Origin: Bacilli bacterium
GTDB taxonomy: Bacteria > Bacillota_I > Bacilli_A > RFN20 > CAG-826
Assembly: GCA_045597865.1 (NCBI GenBank)
Contig: JAZLKX010000025.1
Location: 1-64,000, forward strand
Direction of reading: 5' to 3'
DNA: 64,000 nt
In this document: positions 1 to 9,873 of the stretch, piece by piece
Layout of the letters: each line of letters opens with the position of its first letter
Position numbering within the stretch: position 1 is the stretch's first letter
The notes under the pieces: model-generated
What the model saw: only the letters and a program-made list of their open reading frames with translations
The model's database searches: none
What the model was told of the DNA's origin: nothing
Translations under genes and position numbers: made by a program

Positions 1-2
1 AC

Positions 3-78
3 TGGCGGAACATACGAGAGTCGAACTCGTCTCGCCTCCGTGACAGGGAGGCATCATAAACCGATAGACCAATGTTCC
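3..78 (-). tRNA. tRNA-Asp (GTC)
   Basis: Reverse complement folds as a cloverleaf: acceptor GGAACAT/ATGTTCC, anticodon arm CCTCC-CTGTCAC-GGAGG, T arm ACGAG-TTCGACT-CTCGT, discriminator G and encoded CCA. Confidence 0.96.
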
Positions 79-129
79 TAATCAGCGAGAAAAATATTAT
101 CACAATCTTTTATTTAAATAAAGATTTTT

Positions 130-429
130 TTACTTAATGAATTCTCTAAGTCTTTCAATTGGCATGTATCCAAGCTCTCTTTTTACGAATTTTCCATCCT
201 TAAATAAGAGAAGTGTTGGGATTGACATAACTCTAAACATTCTTGCAATTTCTGGGACAAAATCTGTGTTAATTTTAACGATTTTTACCGGTGATTCCCC
301 ATCTAATTGCTCTAAAACAGGTGCAAGCATTTGGCATGGTCCACACCAATCTGCATAGAAATCTACGATTACTAAATCACCTTGGACTTCTTTTTCAAAG
401 TCATTAGCATTTTCTAAATGTACAATCAT
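130..429 (-). CDS. trxA: Thioredoxin
   Basis: 99 aa; VDFYADWCGPC active site and SIPTL cis-Pro loop; GGAGG SD upstream. Confidence 0.96.
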   Translation of the reverse strand: MIVHLENANDFEKEVQGDLVIVDFYADWCGPCQMLAPVLEQLDGESPVKIVKINTDFVPEIARMFRVMSIPTLLLFKDGKFVKRELGYMPIERLREFIK

Positions 430-447
430 ATTTTTCCTCCATCCAAA

Positions 448-1302
448 TTATATAAGACTGAAAATTAAAAAGATAATAAGAATATGTAATGGTAAGTATA
501 GGTAAGCACCATACTTAAACCATTTTTTGTCATAACCTCTTTCGCCATTGTAGAAAAGAAGCGGAATGCATGCAATTGCAGCAAAAGCTTGATAATCAAA
601 GAAGAAGTAAGAAATTCCAGTAATCTTAAATATTATATAGAATAAGAAGACAACAAATAGAACAACAAAGGCATTAATAATGTTTTCTGCGTATCTTTCA
701 TAAGGTGTATCAACAAGATTTTCAGTAGCAGAGCCACCATTTTTTAGTATTAGTTTCGCAATAGGTTTTGAGTAGTAAAAACCAAGTGCTAAAAGTATGT
801 CGAAAAGTGCATATGGAAGACGTAAATAAAATGGCATCCAAAGTATGTTGATATTTTGCGTTTTTTCAATGTTCACAACTGCGAATGAAGTGATGATAAA
901 ACCGATGCTTAAAATAGCTAAAAATGAGTACTTATCTTTTCGCTTCAAAAGGTAGATTGAAACAGCTACAATTAGGGCGTCTAAAACAGGTGAATAAAAT
1001 GATTCAACTTGATTGTTAATTGTGTAGTAAAAAACAACCTGTCCGATCAAGAAAATTGCAGCAATAATTCCTAGTTTCAAAGCATATTTGCCAAAGTGTT
1101 TTGTGTGCCTTACTCCCTCAACAATTATGAAGATAAAAAGCGGGAATGCTAAACGACCAAAAAGTCTAAAAATATTGCCGATTTGCTGGGTATTTTCGAG
1201 ATTTTGCAGGAAAATTCCAATATGATCAAGAGTCATAAAAATGATTGCAATGATCTTTAAAATGAAGTTGGAAATGAATTGAAAATTTCTCTTATTTTCC
1301 AT
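448..1302 (-). CDS. TraX-family membrane protein (putative acyltransferase)
   Basis: Multi-TM; LKIIAIIFMTLDHIG, GRLAFPLF...EG..HT, YNGERG and C-terminal Y.Y.P.H motifs typical of the TraX family. Confidence 0.8.
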   Translation of the reverse strand: MENKRNFQFISNFILKIIAIIFMTLDHIGIFLQNLENTQQIGNIFRLFGRLAFPLFIFIIVEGVRHTKHFGKYALKLGIIAAIFLIGQVVFYYTINNQVESFYSPVLDALIVAVSIYLLKRKDKYSFLAILSIGFIITSFAVVNIEKTQNINILWMPFYLRLPYALFDILLALGFYYSKPIAKLILKNGGSATENLVDTPYERYAENIINAFVVLFVVFLFYIIFKITGISYFFFDYQAFAAIACIPLLFYNGERGYDKKWFKYGAYLYLPLHILIIFLIFSLI

Positions 1303-2114
1303 TAGTGAAATACTCCTAATATAACACTTGCTGGAATGAGTGAAATTACGTTATTTAAAATGTGAGCAACTGTAGATCCTGCAAAGCCAAAATTGTCGTA
1401 TACAAAAGTGAGACTTATGGCCGCAAAAATATAGTATGGTAAATTAAGTAATTCGTTACTTAAATTTGATAAGTCAAAATTGAAGTGAATTAAGGTAAAA
1501 ACAATGATGGTAACTGCATAGGCTAGATACTTGTTAATTCGTTTGAAAAATGAGAACAAACCAACACGATAAGTTAGTTCTTCACAAATAGGTCCAATTA
1601 GACCAAAAATTATAAGTGAAATAACCGGATAACTTTCTGATGTAACATCAATTGCTTGTTGGTTGTCATTTCCAGTGATTGAGACACCAGCAACTTGCAA
1701 AATGAATGAATAAAGCATTCCGAAAGCAATTATTGCAACAAAACAACAAATGGCTGCTACATACGGTTTCCAGTTTTTAAAACTATTAAATAATTTCTTA
1801 AAGTCGAAGTTTACAATTGCAAATAAGATAATAAATAAAACACCATAAGCAACTCCATTTAATATCATATTTAATAATGTAATACTCATCGAACTTGTGT
1901 TAAAAAATGAGAAAATTACAGAAATTATTACGCCTAAAATAGTAAAGCCAAAGGAACCGGTTAAAAATAAACCGAGTTGTTTACCAAATGCAAGCATTTG
2001 GATATTCTTAAAATTCGGATCTAATTGTCCGTTTGGGCTATGACAGTTAGGACATTCATTGAATGTCTCATCATAGCTTTGCTTACAGTTGTTACAATTG
2101 ACTTTTTTAAACAT
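1302..2114 (-). CDS. CPBP (Abi/CAAX type II) intramembrane glutamic endopeptidase with N-terminal zinc ribbon
   Basis: Motifs PICEELTYR, FTLIH, AHILNN; N-terminal CNNC...CPNC. Confidence 0.88.
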   Translation of the reverse strand: MFKKVNCNNCKQSYDETFNECPNCHSPNGQLDPNFKNIQMLAFGKQLGLFLTGSFGFTILGVIISVIFSFFNTSSMSITLLNMILNGVAYGVLFIILFAIVNFDFKKLFNSFKNWKPYVAAICCFVAIIAFGMLYSFILQVAGVSITGNDNQQAIDVTSESYPVISLIIFGLIGPICEELTYRVGLFSFFKRINKYLAYAVTIIVFTLIHFNFDLSNLSNELLNLPYYIFAAISLTFVYDNFGFAGSTVAHILNNVISLIPASVILGVFH

Positions 2115-2164
2115 TGTTATTCAATTATATTCTTTTTCTAGGAAAAAATGTATAATTAATCTTA

Positions 2165-2758
2165 ATGTTTACGATTTTAGAAAGAAATGAAATAACTTTG
2201 ATTAGGGATAGATCCTCTTTTATTGGGGTTCTAATTCATGCTACAAGTGTAGAATCTGTTAAACAATATCTAATAGATATAAGAAAACAATACCCTAAAG
2301 CAAAACACTATTGTTATGCTTACATCATTAATAGACAAAAGAAATGTTCTGATGATGGTGAACCAGCGAAAACTGCAGGAAGACCTTTGCTTGAATTACT
2401 TGAGAAAAAGGAAATGAATGAAGTTTTGTTAATTGTGGTTCGTTACTTTGGTGGTGTCCTACTTGGAGCATCTAGACTTATGTCTACATATTTAGAGACA
2501 GGGGTTCAAACTGTTAATTCAGCAGACATTGTAGAAATCGAAAACAAATTTATTTATCGAATGGTTTTATCTTATCCGGATTATGACGAATTGCAAAGAT
2601 TTGCAAAAAGAGACGGCTTTACAATTGAAAATCCTAAATTTGAGGATAAAATTAGTGTTGATGTTTTAGCAGATGAAAACTTCGGATCAATGTTAGCTGA
2701 TACATTTCCACATGCAGAAATCGAAGTTTCTGGGCAAAAGAAAGTTTATAGAAGGTGA
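2165..2758 (+). CDS. yigZ: YigZ/IMPACT family protein
   Basis: KAKHYCYAY, SDDGEP..TAG.P, VVRYFGGVLLG motifs. Confidence 0.92.
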   Translation: MFTILERNEITLIRDRSSFIGVLIHATSVESVKQYLIDIRKQYPKAKHYCYAYIINRQKKCSDDGEPAKTAGRPLLELLEKKEMNEVLLIVVRYFGGVLLGASRLMSTYLETGVQTVNSADIVEIENKFIYRMVLSYPDYDELQRFAKRDGFTIENPKFEDKISVDVLADENFGSMLADTFPHAEIEVSGQKKVYRR

Positions 2759-4023
2759 CAAATATGATTGACGCAAATGAATACGCAAGAAGAAGAAATG
2801 ACTTATTTGACTTATTAGATGATAACTCAGTTACCATCCTTTTCTCCGGTGTTGGTAAAAAGAAATCTGGTGATGAAAATTACGAATTTGTTCCAAATAA
2901 AAATTTCTATTATTTAACAGGAATTAAACAAGAAAATTCTATTTTAATGCTTGTTAAAAACGATGATGAAAAAATGGAATATCTTTTTATTGATGAACAA
3001 GATGAAAAGATTAAAAAATGGACTGGTTATAAACTTTCTCATAAAGAAGCTAAAGAAACATCTGGAATTGGTAATGTGTTTCTTAGAAACACTTATGAAG
3101 GAAAACTCCTTGCTTTCTTTAATGAAAATGAAAAGAATTATGAGCCGATTACAAAGTTTTATTTAGATTTAGAAAATGAACTTAAAATTGGTGAATGCAA
3201 ATCAACTCAACAATACAAAAAAGAACTTGAGGTTGTTCATAAATTAGAAGTTTTAGATGTTCATGAATTGATCATGGGAATGAGAATGGTTAAATCTGAT
3301 GCTGAAGTTGAAATGATTAGAGAAGCAATTGCTTCAACTGAACTCGGCTTAAAGAATGCCTTATTAAATCTTGCTCCAGGAAAATATGAATACAATTTAC
3401 GCAACATTTTTAATTATACAATTCATGAGGATCAGGATGCTTCATTAGCATTCTCTTCAATTGTTGCTGCAGGTAAAAATGGAGTTATACTCCATTATCC
3501 AAGCCAAAAAGACCAATTAAAAGATGGCGATTTAGTCTTATTTGATGTTGGCGCTGCAAAAGATTTTTATTGTGGTGATATTTCTAGAACCTATCCAATC
3601 AATGGTAGATTTTCTGATATTCAAAAAGTTATTTATGAAATTGTTTTAAATTGTAATAAACAAACAGCAGCTTTCATGCGCCCAGGTATTACATTAAAAG
3701 AAGCAAACGAATTTGCAAAAATGTTCTTAGCAAATGAATGTTTTGAAAAAGGTTTAATTTCTTCTAAAGAAGAGATTGGAAAAGTCTATTATCACTCAGT
3801 TTCCCATCACTTAGGTTTAGATACTCATGATGGAACTGATAGAGTTTCAAAACTTGTTCCAGGTAACGTTGTTACCTGTGAACCAGGATTATATTTTAAA
3901 GAATTTGGAATTGGTGTAAGAATTGAAGACGATATTTTAATTACAGATACCGGTTCAGAAGTTCTTTCTAAAGACATTGTTAAAGAAGTTAAAGACATTG
4001 AAAAAATGTTGGGACGTAAATAA
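2755..4023 (+). CDS. pepP: Xaa-Pro aminopeptidase (M24B)
   Basis: AMP_N region (NFYYLTG) plus metal ligands DVGA, GDISRT, HHLGLDTHD, EPGLY, RIEDD. Start may be ATG 2764. Confidence 0.92.
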   Translation: MTNMIDANEYARRRNDLFDLLDDNSVTILFSGVGKKKSGDENYEFVPNKNFYYLTGIKQENSILMLVKNDDEKMEYLFIDEQDEKIKKWTGYKLSHKEAKETSGIGNVFLRNTYEGKLLAFFNENEKNYEPITKFYLDLENELKIGECKSTQQYKKELEVVHKLEVLDVHELIMGMRMVKSDAEVEMIREAIASTELGLKNALLNLAPGKYEYNLRNIFNYTIHEDQDASLAFSSIVAAGKNGVILHYPSQKDQLKDGDLVLFDVGAAKDFYCGDISRTYPINGRFSDIQKVIYEIVLNCNKQTAAFMRPGITLKEANEFAKMFLANECFEKGLISSKEEIGKVYYHSVSHHLGLDTHDGTDRVSKLVPGNVVTCEPGLYFKEFGIGVRIEDDILITDTGSEVLSKDIVKEVKDIEKMLGRK

Positions 4024-5501
4024 TGAAAAAATATATTCTTTCAATAGACCAAGGAACAACCTCATCAAGAGCTATTCTTTTTGATAAGAAAGGATCTTTG
4101 GTTTCTTCAGCTGCAAAAGAGTTTCAACTTTTCTATCCAAAAGAGGGCTATGTTGAAGCTGATGCAGTGGAGATTTGGAGTTCTGTTGTTGATGTTGTAA
4201 ATAATGTCTTAATTAAGGCAAATGCTAAGTGGGATGAAATTGATTCTATTGGTATTACAAATCAACGTGAAACCACGGTAATTTGGGAAAAAAAGACGGG
4301 AAAACCTATATATAATGCGATTATTTGGCAATCTAGACAGTCGCAATATATCTGTGAAAAATTAGCCAAAAAAGAGACAATCATTCATAACAAAACAGGA
4401 TTAATAATTAACCCATATTTTTCAGCATCCAAGATTAGATTTATTTTGGATAATGTTGAAGGCGCTCAAGGACGTGCCGAAAAAGGAGAATTACTTTTTG
4501 GAACAATTGATACTTGGTTAATTTGGAAACTTACAAATGGTAAGGCCCACGCAACAGATACAACAAATGCATCAAGAACTTTATTATTCAATATTAATAC
4601 TTTGAAATGGGATAAGGACTTGCTTGAAATGTTTAATGTTCCAGCAAAGATGCTCCCAGAAGTTTATTCAAGCAAACACGACTACGGAAAAATTGCATAT
4701 TTTAATCGCGATGTCCATATTCTTGGGGTCGCTGGAGATCAACAAGCTTCACTCTTTGGACACACATGTTTCAAAGAAGGAGAATGCAAAAATACATACG
4801 GTACCGGTTGTTTCATGTTAATGAACACTGGAGAGAAACCAATCCTTTCAAAGAAAGGATTATTAACTACAATTGCTTGGACAATTGATGGAAAAACAAC
4901 CTACGCTTTAGAAGGCTCAGTTTTCATTGGTGGTGCAGCAATTCAATGGTTAAGAGATGGTTTGAAAGTCATTAAAGAAGCTCCTGAAGCAGATGAATCC
5001 GCAATGAAAGTTCCAGACAATGGTGGAGTCTATTTTGTTCCAGCATTTGTTGGACTTGGAACTCCATATTGGGATGATGATGTTCGTGGAACTATCTTTG
5101 GAATGACTCGTGCAACAAATAGGCATCACATTGTTCGTGCAACTTTGGAAGCAATCGCATTCCAATCAAAAGATGTTTTTGACATTATGTCTGAAGAAGC
5201 ACAAATTGAAATCAAGTCTCTTCAAGTTGATGGCGGTGCAACAAACTCAAATGTTTTGATGCAATTTCAATCCGACATTCTTCAAATCGACATTCAAAAG
5301 CCATGTTGTTTAGAATCAACAGCACTTGGAGTTTGCTATCTTGCAGGTCTTCAATCAGGCTTCTTTAAATCAATTAAACACATTAAAGAATGTCATGATC
5401 TAAAAGCAAGCTTCTCACCAAAAATATCCGGGAAAACAGCACAAAATCTCTCAAATTCCTGGATGAATGCAGTAAAAGCTGCTAGATCATTCAAAGCTTA
5501 A
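4023..5501 (+). CDS. glpK: Glycerol kinase
   Basis: DQGTTSSRA, GITNQRETT, GDQQA, KNTYGTGCF, YALEGS. Confidence 0.96.
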   Translation: MKKYILSIDQGTTSSRAILFDKKGSLVSSAAKEFQLFYPKEGYVEADAVEIWSSVVDVVNNVLIKANAKWDEIDSIGITNQRETTVIWEKKTGKPIYNAIIWQSRQSQYICEKLAKKETIIHNKTGLIINPYFSASKIRFILDNVEGAQGRAEKGELLFGTIDTWLIWKLTNGKAHATDTTNASRTLLFNINTLKWDKDLLEMFNVPAKMLPEVYSSKHDYGKIAYFNRDVHILGVAGDQQASLFGHTCFKEGECKNTYGTGCFMLMNTGEKPILSKKGLLTTIAWTIDGKTTYALEGSVFIGGAAIQWLRDGLKVIKEAPEADESAMKVPDNGGVYFVPAFVGLGTPYWDDDVRGTIFGMTRATNRHHIVRATLEAIAFQSKDVFDIMSEEAQIEIKSLQVDGGATNSNVLMQFQSDILQIDIQKPCCLESTALGVCYLAGLQSGFFKSIKHIKECHDLKASFSPKISGKTAQNLSNSWMNAVKAARSFKA

Positions 5502-5517
5502 TTCTTATTAAATATAT

Positions 5518-5550
5518 AAAAAAGAACAACCCTCGCGAGTTGTTCTTTTT
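5518..5550. terminator. Bidirectional intrinsic terminator between glpK and the convergent kinase gene
   Basis: AAAAAGAACAAC-CCTCGCGA-GTTGTTCTTTTT inverted repeat with A/T tails. Confidence 0.85.
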
Positions 5551-5563
5551 GATTGTTTAGTTA

Positions 5564-7207
5564 TTAGCAATCAGCGTAGCAAGAACCACCAATGAATTCT
5601 CTCATAAGTGAGTTACATGGAACCCATTCATCTGGCATATCATCGAAGTACTTAAGCATACGAAGTAATCTTTCTGCTGTTGGGAAGAATACTGATTCTT
5701 GTTTAACTGCTTCAAGAAGTGGTTGTGCATATTTCTTCATAACTGAAAGTTCATATTGAAGCATTGAGTTATAGACATAGTCTGCACCTTCTTGAGTTTC
5801 ATAAATCCATCTGAATTCTCCACGACGGACACTTGGCCACATTCCGATTGTTTCTTCTGCTGAAGCACCACGGAACTTGTAGTCACGAACCAATCTACGA
5901 AGTAAACGTAAGTCAACTGTTGAGATTGGGCAGTGGTTGTCTAAGTTAATTTGAGCTTGTGGAGCAATAAAGATTTTGAATTTTTGATGTCTTGGAATGA
6001 GTGTTGTCATTCTGTCATTAAGAGCATGGATACCTTCAATAATAATTGGCTCATCTGGTCCGACTCTTAGTTTTCTACCTTCAACACGGTGTCCGACTTT
6101 AAAGTCGAATTTTGGAAGTGTGACTTCTTCTCCGTTAATGAGGTCAAGCATATTTTGGTTGAATAAATCGATATCAAGAGCTTCGATTGATTCAAGGTCT
6201 GGTTTTCCATCTTCATCTTTTGGTGCTTTATCTTTTGTTAAATAGTAGTCATCAAGTGAGATTCTGATAGGACGAAGTCCACGTGCCATAAGTTCGATTC
6301 TTAATCTATTAGCAAATGTTGTTTTGCCAGAGCTTGATGGACCTGCAACACAGATGATACGAATATTGTCGATATCTTTGACAATTTTTTCGCCAAGTTC
6401 TGCGAGCATTCTGTTATGTCTTGCTTCGCAAAGTTGAATGAAGTCAATAACGCCATCTTTATGGATGTGTTCATTAATTTTTGCAACTGTTTCAGCATTG
6501 ACTTTCTTGGCCCAAACGTGAGCTTCTTTTAATGTTCTACCATAGGTAGGAGCATCAACGAATTCTGGAATTGCGCCTTTAGCTTCTGATCTTGGTGATT
6601 GAAGAATCATGCCAGGAACATAAAGATGTAATTTGTAATTCTTTAAATAACCAGTTGATGGAACCATTCTGGATGCGAGGTAGTTGAAGTAGCCATCACA
6701 TTCATATAAATGAACGTTCTTCTCTGGACGGTATGGAAGAGCTTCAAGTTTGTCTTCTAAACCGAATTTTTCATAGTATTCCTTGGCTTCTTCTTTTGTG
6801 AATGAATGGCGAATTAATGGGAAATCTGCAGCAATAATCTTGTTCATTTCCTCTTCGATTGCATTTCTCATCTTTTGGTTGGAAGATTTTCCTGGGTTTA
6901 AGATTTGAATAAAAGTAGAACGTGATACATTACGTGTGATTCTAACTTTTAATTCTGGATAAAGTCTTGCAAAAGCCATGATTGCAACATATCTAAGTGA
7001 AGCTTCGTAAATTTTTGCTGCATCTTCATCCTTGATTGTTAATAATTCAACTTTTGCATCTTCATCAACATAATAGGTAAGTTCTCTTAATCTGTTGTTA
7101 ACTCTAGCACAAATGATATCTTTGTTGCCAGCTTCAACAAGTTCAGATAACTGAACTTTGCTATTGAATTTCTTTTCTTGGTCATTGATTTTAATAGTAA
7201 ATGACAT
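5564..7207 (-). CDS. Nucleoside (uridine) kinase family protein with N-terminal TGS and ThrRS-like domains
   Basis: P-loop AGPSSSGKTT, ISLDDYY, IIIEGIHALN, LRRLVRD. ATG 7207 with AGGAG SD is preferred over the TTG at 7264 in the ORF track. Confidence 0.85.
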   Translation of the reverse strand: MSFTIKINDQEKKFNSKVQLSELVEAGNKDIICARVNNRLRELTYYVDEDAKVELLTIKDEDAAKIYEASLRYVAIMAFARLYPELKVRITRNVSRSTFIQILNPGKSSNQKMRNAIEEEMNKIIAADFPLIRHSFTKEEAKEYYEKFGLEDKLEALPYRPEKNVHLYECDGYFNYLASRMVPSTGYLKNYKLHLYVPGMILQSPRSEAKGAIPEFVDAPTYGRTLKEAHVWAKKVNAETVAKINEHIHKDGVIDFIQLCEARHNRMLAELGEKIVKDIDNIRIICVAGPSSSGKTTFANRLRIELMARGLRPIRISLDDYYLTKDKAPKDEDGKPDLESIEALDIDLFNQNMLDLINGEEVTLPKFDFKVGHRVEGRKLRVGPDEPIIIEGIHALNDRMTTLIPRHQKFKIFIAPQAQINLDNHCPISTVDLRLLRRLVRDYKFRGASAEETIGMWPSVRRGEFRWIYETQEGADYVYNSMLQYELSVMKKYAQPLLEAVKQESVFFPTAERLLRMLKYFDDMPDEWVPCNSLMREFIGGSCYADC

Positions 7208-7273
7208 AAGTGTTTCTCCTTTTTGCGGCGTTATAATCATAAAGCAAGTTTGCTTTCTTTTCAATAAAAATAT

Positions 7274-7287
7274 TATAAGCGCTTACA
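7274..7287. promoter_or_regulatory. cre-like (CcpA/LacI) operator between the divergent kinase and pfp genes
   Basis: TATAAGCGCTTACA (rc TGTAAGCGCTTATA), 13/14 to TGWAANCGNTNWCA. Confidence 0.7.
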
Positions 7288-7396
7288 TTAATTTCTTTCT
7301 ATTTTTCTTTACTTAAAATTTAATTTTAGTAAAATATTACCTGCTGTTATTGTGTTAGGTTATTTACTAAATAACAAACACTAAAAGGAGATTATT

Positions 7397-8599
7397 ATGG
7401 CAAAAGCAATGGTTTACATTCAATCAGGTGGTCCAACATCAGTCATTAATAGCAGCCTTTATGGCGCAATTATGGAAGCTAAAAAGCATCCAGAAATCAA
7501 CGCAATTTATGGCTCGCTCAATGGAATTGAAGGACTCTTAACTGATAACATTATTGATTTGGGAAAAGAAGATCCAGAACAAATCGAGTTACTTAAACAA
7601 ACTCCAGGTTCAATACTCGGTACTTCACGTCACAAACTCCCAAAGGATTTACACGATCCAGAATATGCAACAATTTTAGAGACTTGCAAGAAGCACAATA
7701 TTGGTTATGTTTTCGTTAATGGCGGAAACGACTCAATGGATACTTGTATGAAACTCTCCTTACTTTGTAAGGAAAAAGGCCTTGATATCAAGGTTATGGG
7801 TGTTCCAAAAACAGTCGATAACGACCTCGCAGAAACAGACCACTCATTAGGTTTCCCAAGTGCTGCAAAATACGTCATCAACACTGTTAAAGAAATCATC
7901 ATTGATGCAGTCTGCTACAAAAAGGGCAAAGTTTATATCATTGAAGTTATGGGCAGAAACGCTGGTTGGTTAACAGCAGCAGTTGATATGCTTCCTGAAG
8001 GAATTAGACCAGATTTGATCTACTTACCAGAACAAAAATTTGATATGGAAGACTTCCTCAAAAGAGTTCACGATTTATATGAAGAAAAAGGCAATGCAAT
8101 CGTTGCAGTTTCCGAAGGAATCGAATTCGAAAGAGATATGTCAAAAGTCAAATATGACTCATTCGGTCACGCACAACTCGGTGGTGCAGGTGCAGACCTC
8201 GCAAATATTGTCGAAGAAAAATTCGGATACAAGATTCGTGCAATCGAGCTCTCGCTCCCGCAAAGAGCATTCTCATTCTTAACTTCAAAAGTTGACTCAA
8301 AAGAAGCTCAAAAATGTGGTGAATTAGCAGTCAAGAAAGCAGTCAAAGGAATGACTGGTAAGATGATTGCAATCAAACGTGTTTCTACTGCTCCTTACAA
8401 AGTAAGCTACAAAGCAGTTAACATCAAAAAGATTGCTAACGTTGAACAAAAAGTTCCAGCTGCATGGGTTAAAGATCAAGGCCACATGACACAAGAATTT
8501 AGAGATTACATTTATCCACTCATCCAAGGCGAACTTAAGGTTCAAATGGAAGACGGAATTATCAAATCAACAGTCCTCAAAAGAGTTCTTGTAAAATAA
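7397..8599 (+). CDS. pfp: Pyrophosphate-dependent phosphofructokinase (diphosphate--fructose-6-phosphate 1-phosphotransferase)
   Basis: QSGGPTSVIN, GGNDSMDT and PKTVDND carry the Asp/Lys PPi-specificity residues (ATP-type enzymes have GGDGS/PGTIDND); EVMGRNAGW. Confidence 0.88.
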   Translation: MAKAMVYIQSGGPTSVINSSLYGAIMEAKKHPEINAIYGSLNGIEGLLTDNIIDLGKEDPEQIELLKQTPGSILGTSRHKLPKDLHDPEYATILETCKKHNIGYVFVNGGNDSMDTCMKLSLLCKEKGLDIKVMGVPKTVDNDLAETDHSLGFPSAAKYVINTVKEIIIDAVCYKKGKVYIIEVMGRNAGWLTAAVDMLPEGIRPDLIYLPEQKFDMEDFLKRVHDLYEEKGNAIVAVSEGIEFERDMSKVKYDSFGHAQLGGAGADLANIVEEKFGYKIRAIELSLPQRAFSFLTSKVDSKEAQKCGELAVKKAVKGMTGKMIAIKRVSTAPYKVSYKAVNIKKIANVEQKVPAAWVKDQGHMTQEFRDYIYPLIQGELKVQMEDGIIKSTVLKRVLVK

Positions 8600-8616
8600 G
8601 CCAATAAACATAAACT

Positions 8617-8646
8617 AAAAGTCGACCAAATTTGGTTGACTTTTTT
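8617..8646 (+). terminator. Intrinsic terminator after pfp; its 3' arm overlaps the -35 of the atp promoter
   Basis: AAAAGTCGACCAAATTTGGTTGACTTTTTT hairpin plus T-run; TTGACT at 8636-8641 lies 18 bp from CATAAT at 8660-8665. Confidence 0.8.
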
Positions 8647-8671
8647 ATTTGTTTTACCGCATAATATACGC

Positions 8672-9106
8672 ATGAAGAAATTTTTATCAAAATTTAGCGA
8701 CTTTACACTCACCATCATTCTCGAGGGAATTATAGGAGTTGTTGCAGTCGCTCTTTCCTTTATTGGTTTCAAGTTTGGCAAATATGGATGGACTATTGGT
8801 TGTGCAACTGGAACTGTACTCGCAATGCTTTCAACTGTTATGGTTTTTAAAGGAAGCGATGCTGCGATGAGAGCAAATAAAATGGGATTGTATTTCTTGT
8901 TTTATTTCTTAAGAATGGTTCTTTTTATTGGTGTTATGGTTGTGTTTGCAATCTTACAATACAAAAGTGAAATTCATGTTTTTGATTATTCACTTTTCGG
9001 AACACTTATTGCTTACACCCCAATGTTTATTATTCTTATTGTTGGCCAAGTTAAAGGCAATCACGATTTAGATAAAAAAGTTCAAGAAAAAGCAAAGGAG
9101 GAATAA
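8672..9106 (+). CDS. atpI: ATP synthase protein I-like membrane protein
   Basis: Four hydrophobic segments, YFLRMVL motif, first gene of the atp operon; ATG 8672 is the likely start. Confidence 0.7.
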   Translation: MKKFLSKFSDFTLTIILEGIIGVVAVALSFIGFKFGKYGWTIGCATGTVLAMLSTVMVFKGSDAAMRANKMGLYFLFYFLRMVLFIGVMVVFAILQYKSEIHVFDYSLFGTLIAYTPMFIILIVGQVKGNHDLDKKVQEKAKEE

Positions 9107-9873
9107 TGGACAAGTATTCAGATCCAAATACATGGAAATCATTTAATCCAAGTGGCGAAGTAATAATTGCATTAGCCATCATTGGAGTTTTAATCATACT
9201 TGCCATTATTGTTGGAATCCTTGCTAAGAAAGCTGATCCATTAAAACGTCCAAAAGGTTTACTAAAGCTTGTTGAGTGGGCTGTTGAAAAACTTGATGCT
9301 TTTACCGCAGATGTAATGGGACCAGGTTTTGAAAACTTTGGTGGTTTACTTTTAGGCATTATTCCATTCTTATTCCTATCATTTACCATAGGTATTACTG
9401 GTTTACCAACCCCAATGAATAATCTAGCAGTTCCATTAACATTGGCATTAGTAACCTTTGGTTTAATTCATTTTACTGCGATGAGATATAACAAAATTAG
9501 ATACTTTAAACGTTTTGTTGATCCTCTTCCAGTTCTTCTCCCAATTAACTTACTTTCTATGTGGGCTCCATTGATTTCAATGACCCTACGTATGTTTGGC
9601 AACGCTATTGTTGGTTGGGTTTTACTTGGTTTATTAAATGGCGGATTAGAACAACTTTCTGCAACATTATTCTCGTTTATGCCTGCAGGACCAAATTCAA
9701 TATTTATTGTTCCTATTTTAACTCCGCTTTTACATGCATATTTTGATTTATTCTCTGGCTTTGTACAGACAATGGTATTCGTGTTCTTAACATGTCTATT
9801 TGTTGCCCAAGAAAGACCAGATGATATAGAAACAGAAGTCGTTATGGCTTCAAGAAAGGAGGTAAGTCAATGA
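9106..9873 (+). CDS. atpB: F0F1 ATP synthase subunit a
   Basis: ISMTLRMFGN conserved Arg motif; YFDLFSGFVQ. Confidence 0.95.
   Translation: MDKYSDPNTWKSFNPSGEVIIALAIIGVLIILAIIVGILAKKADPLKRPKGLLKLVEWAVEKLDAFTADVMGPGFENFGGLLLGIIPFLFLSFTIGITGLPTPMNNLAVPLTLALVTFGLIHFTAMRYNKIRYFKRFVDPLPVLLPINLLSMWAPLISMTLRMFGNAIVGWVLLGLLNGGLEQLSATLFSFMPAGPNSIFIVPILTPLLHAYFDLFSGFVQTMVFVFLTCLFVAQERPDDIETEVVMASRKEVSQ

Noticed and set aside
448-1302. TraX-like gene as evidence of a conjugative element
   Set aside because: No relaxase, T4SS or other tra genes nearby; it sits in a housekeeping operon.
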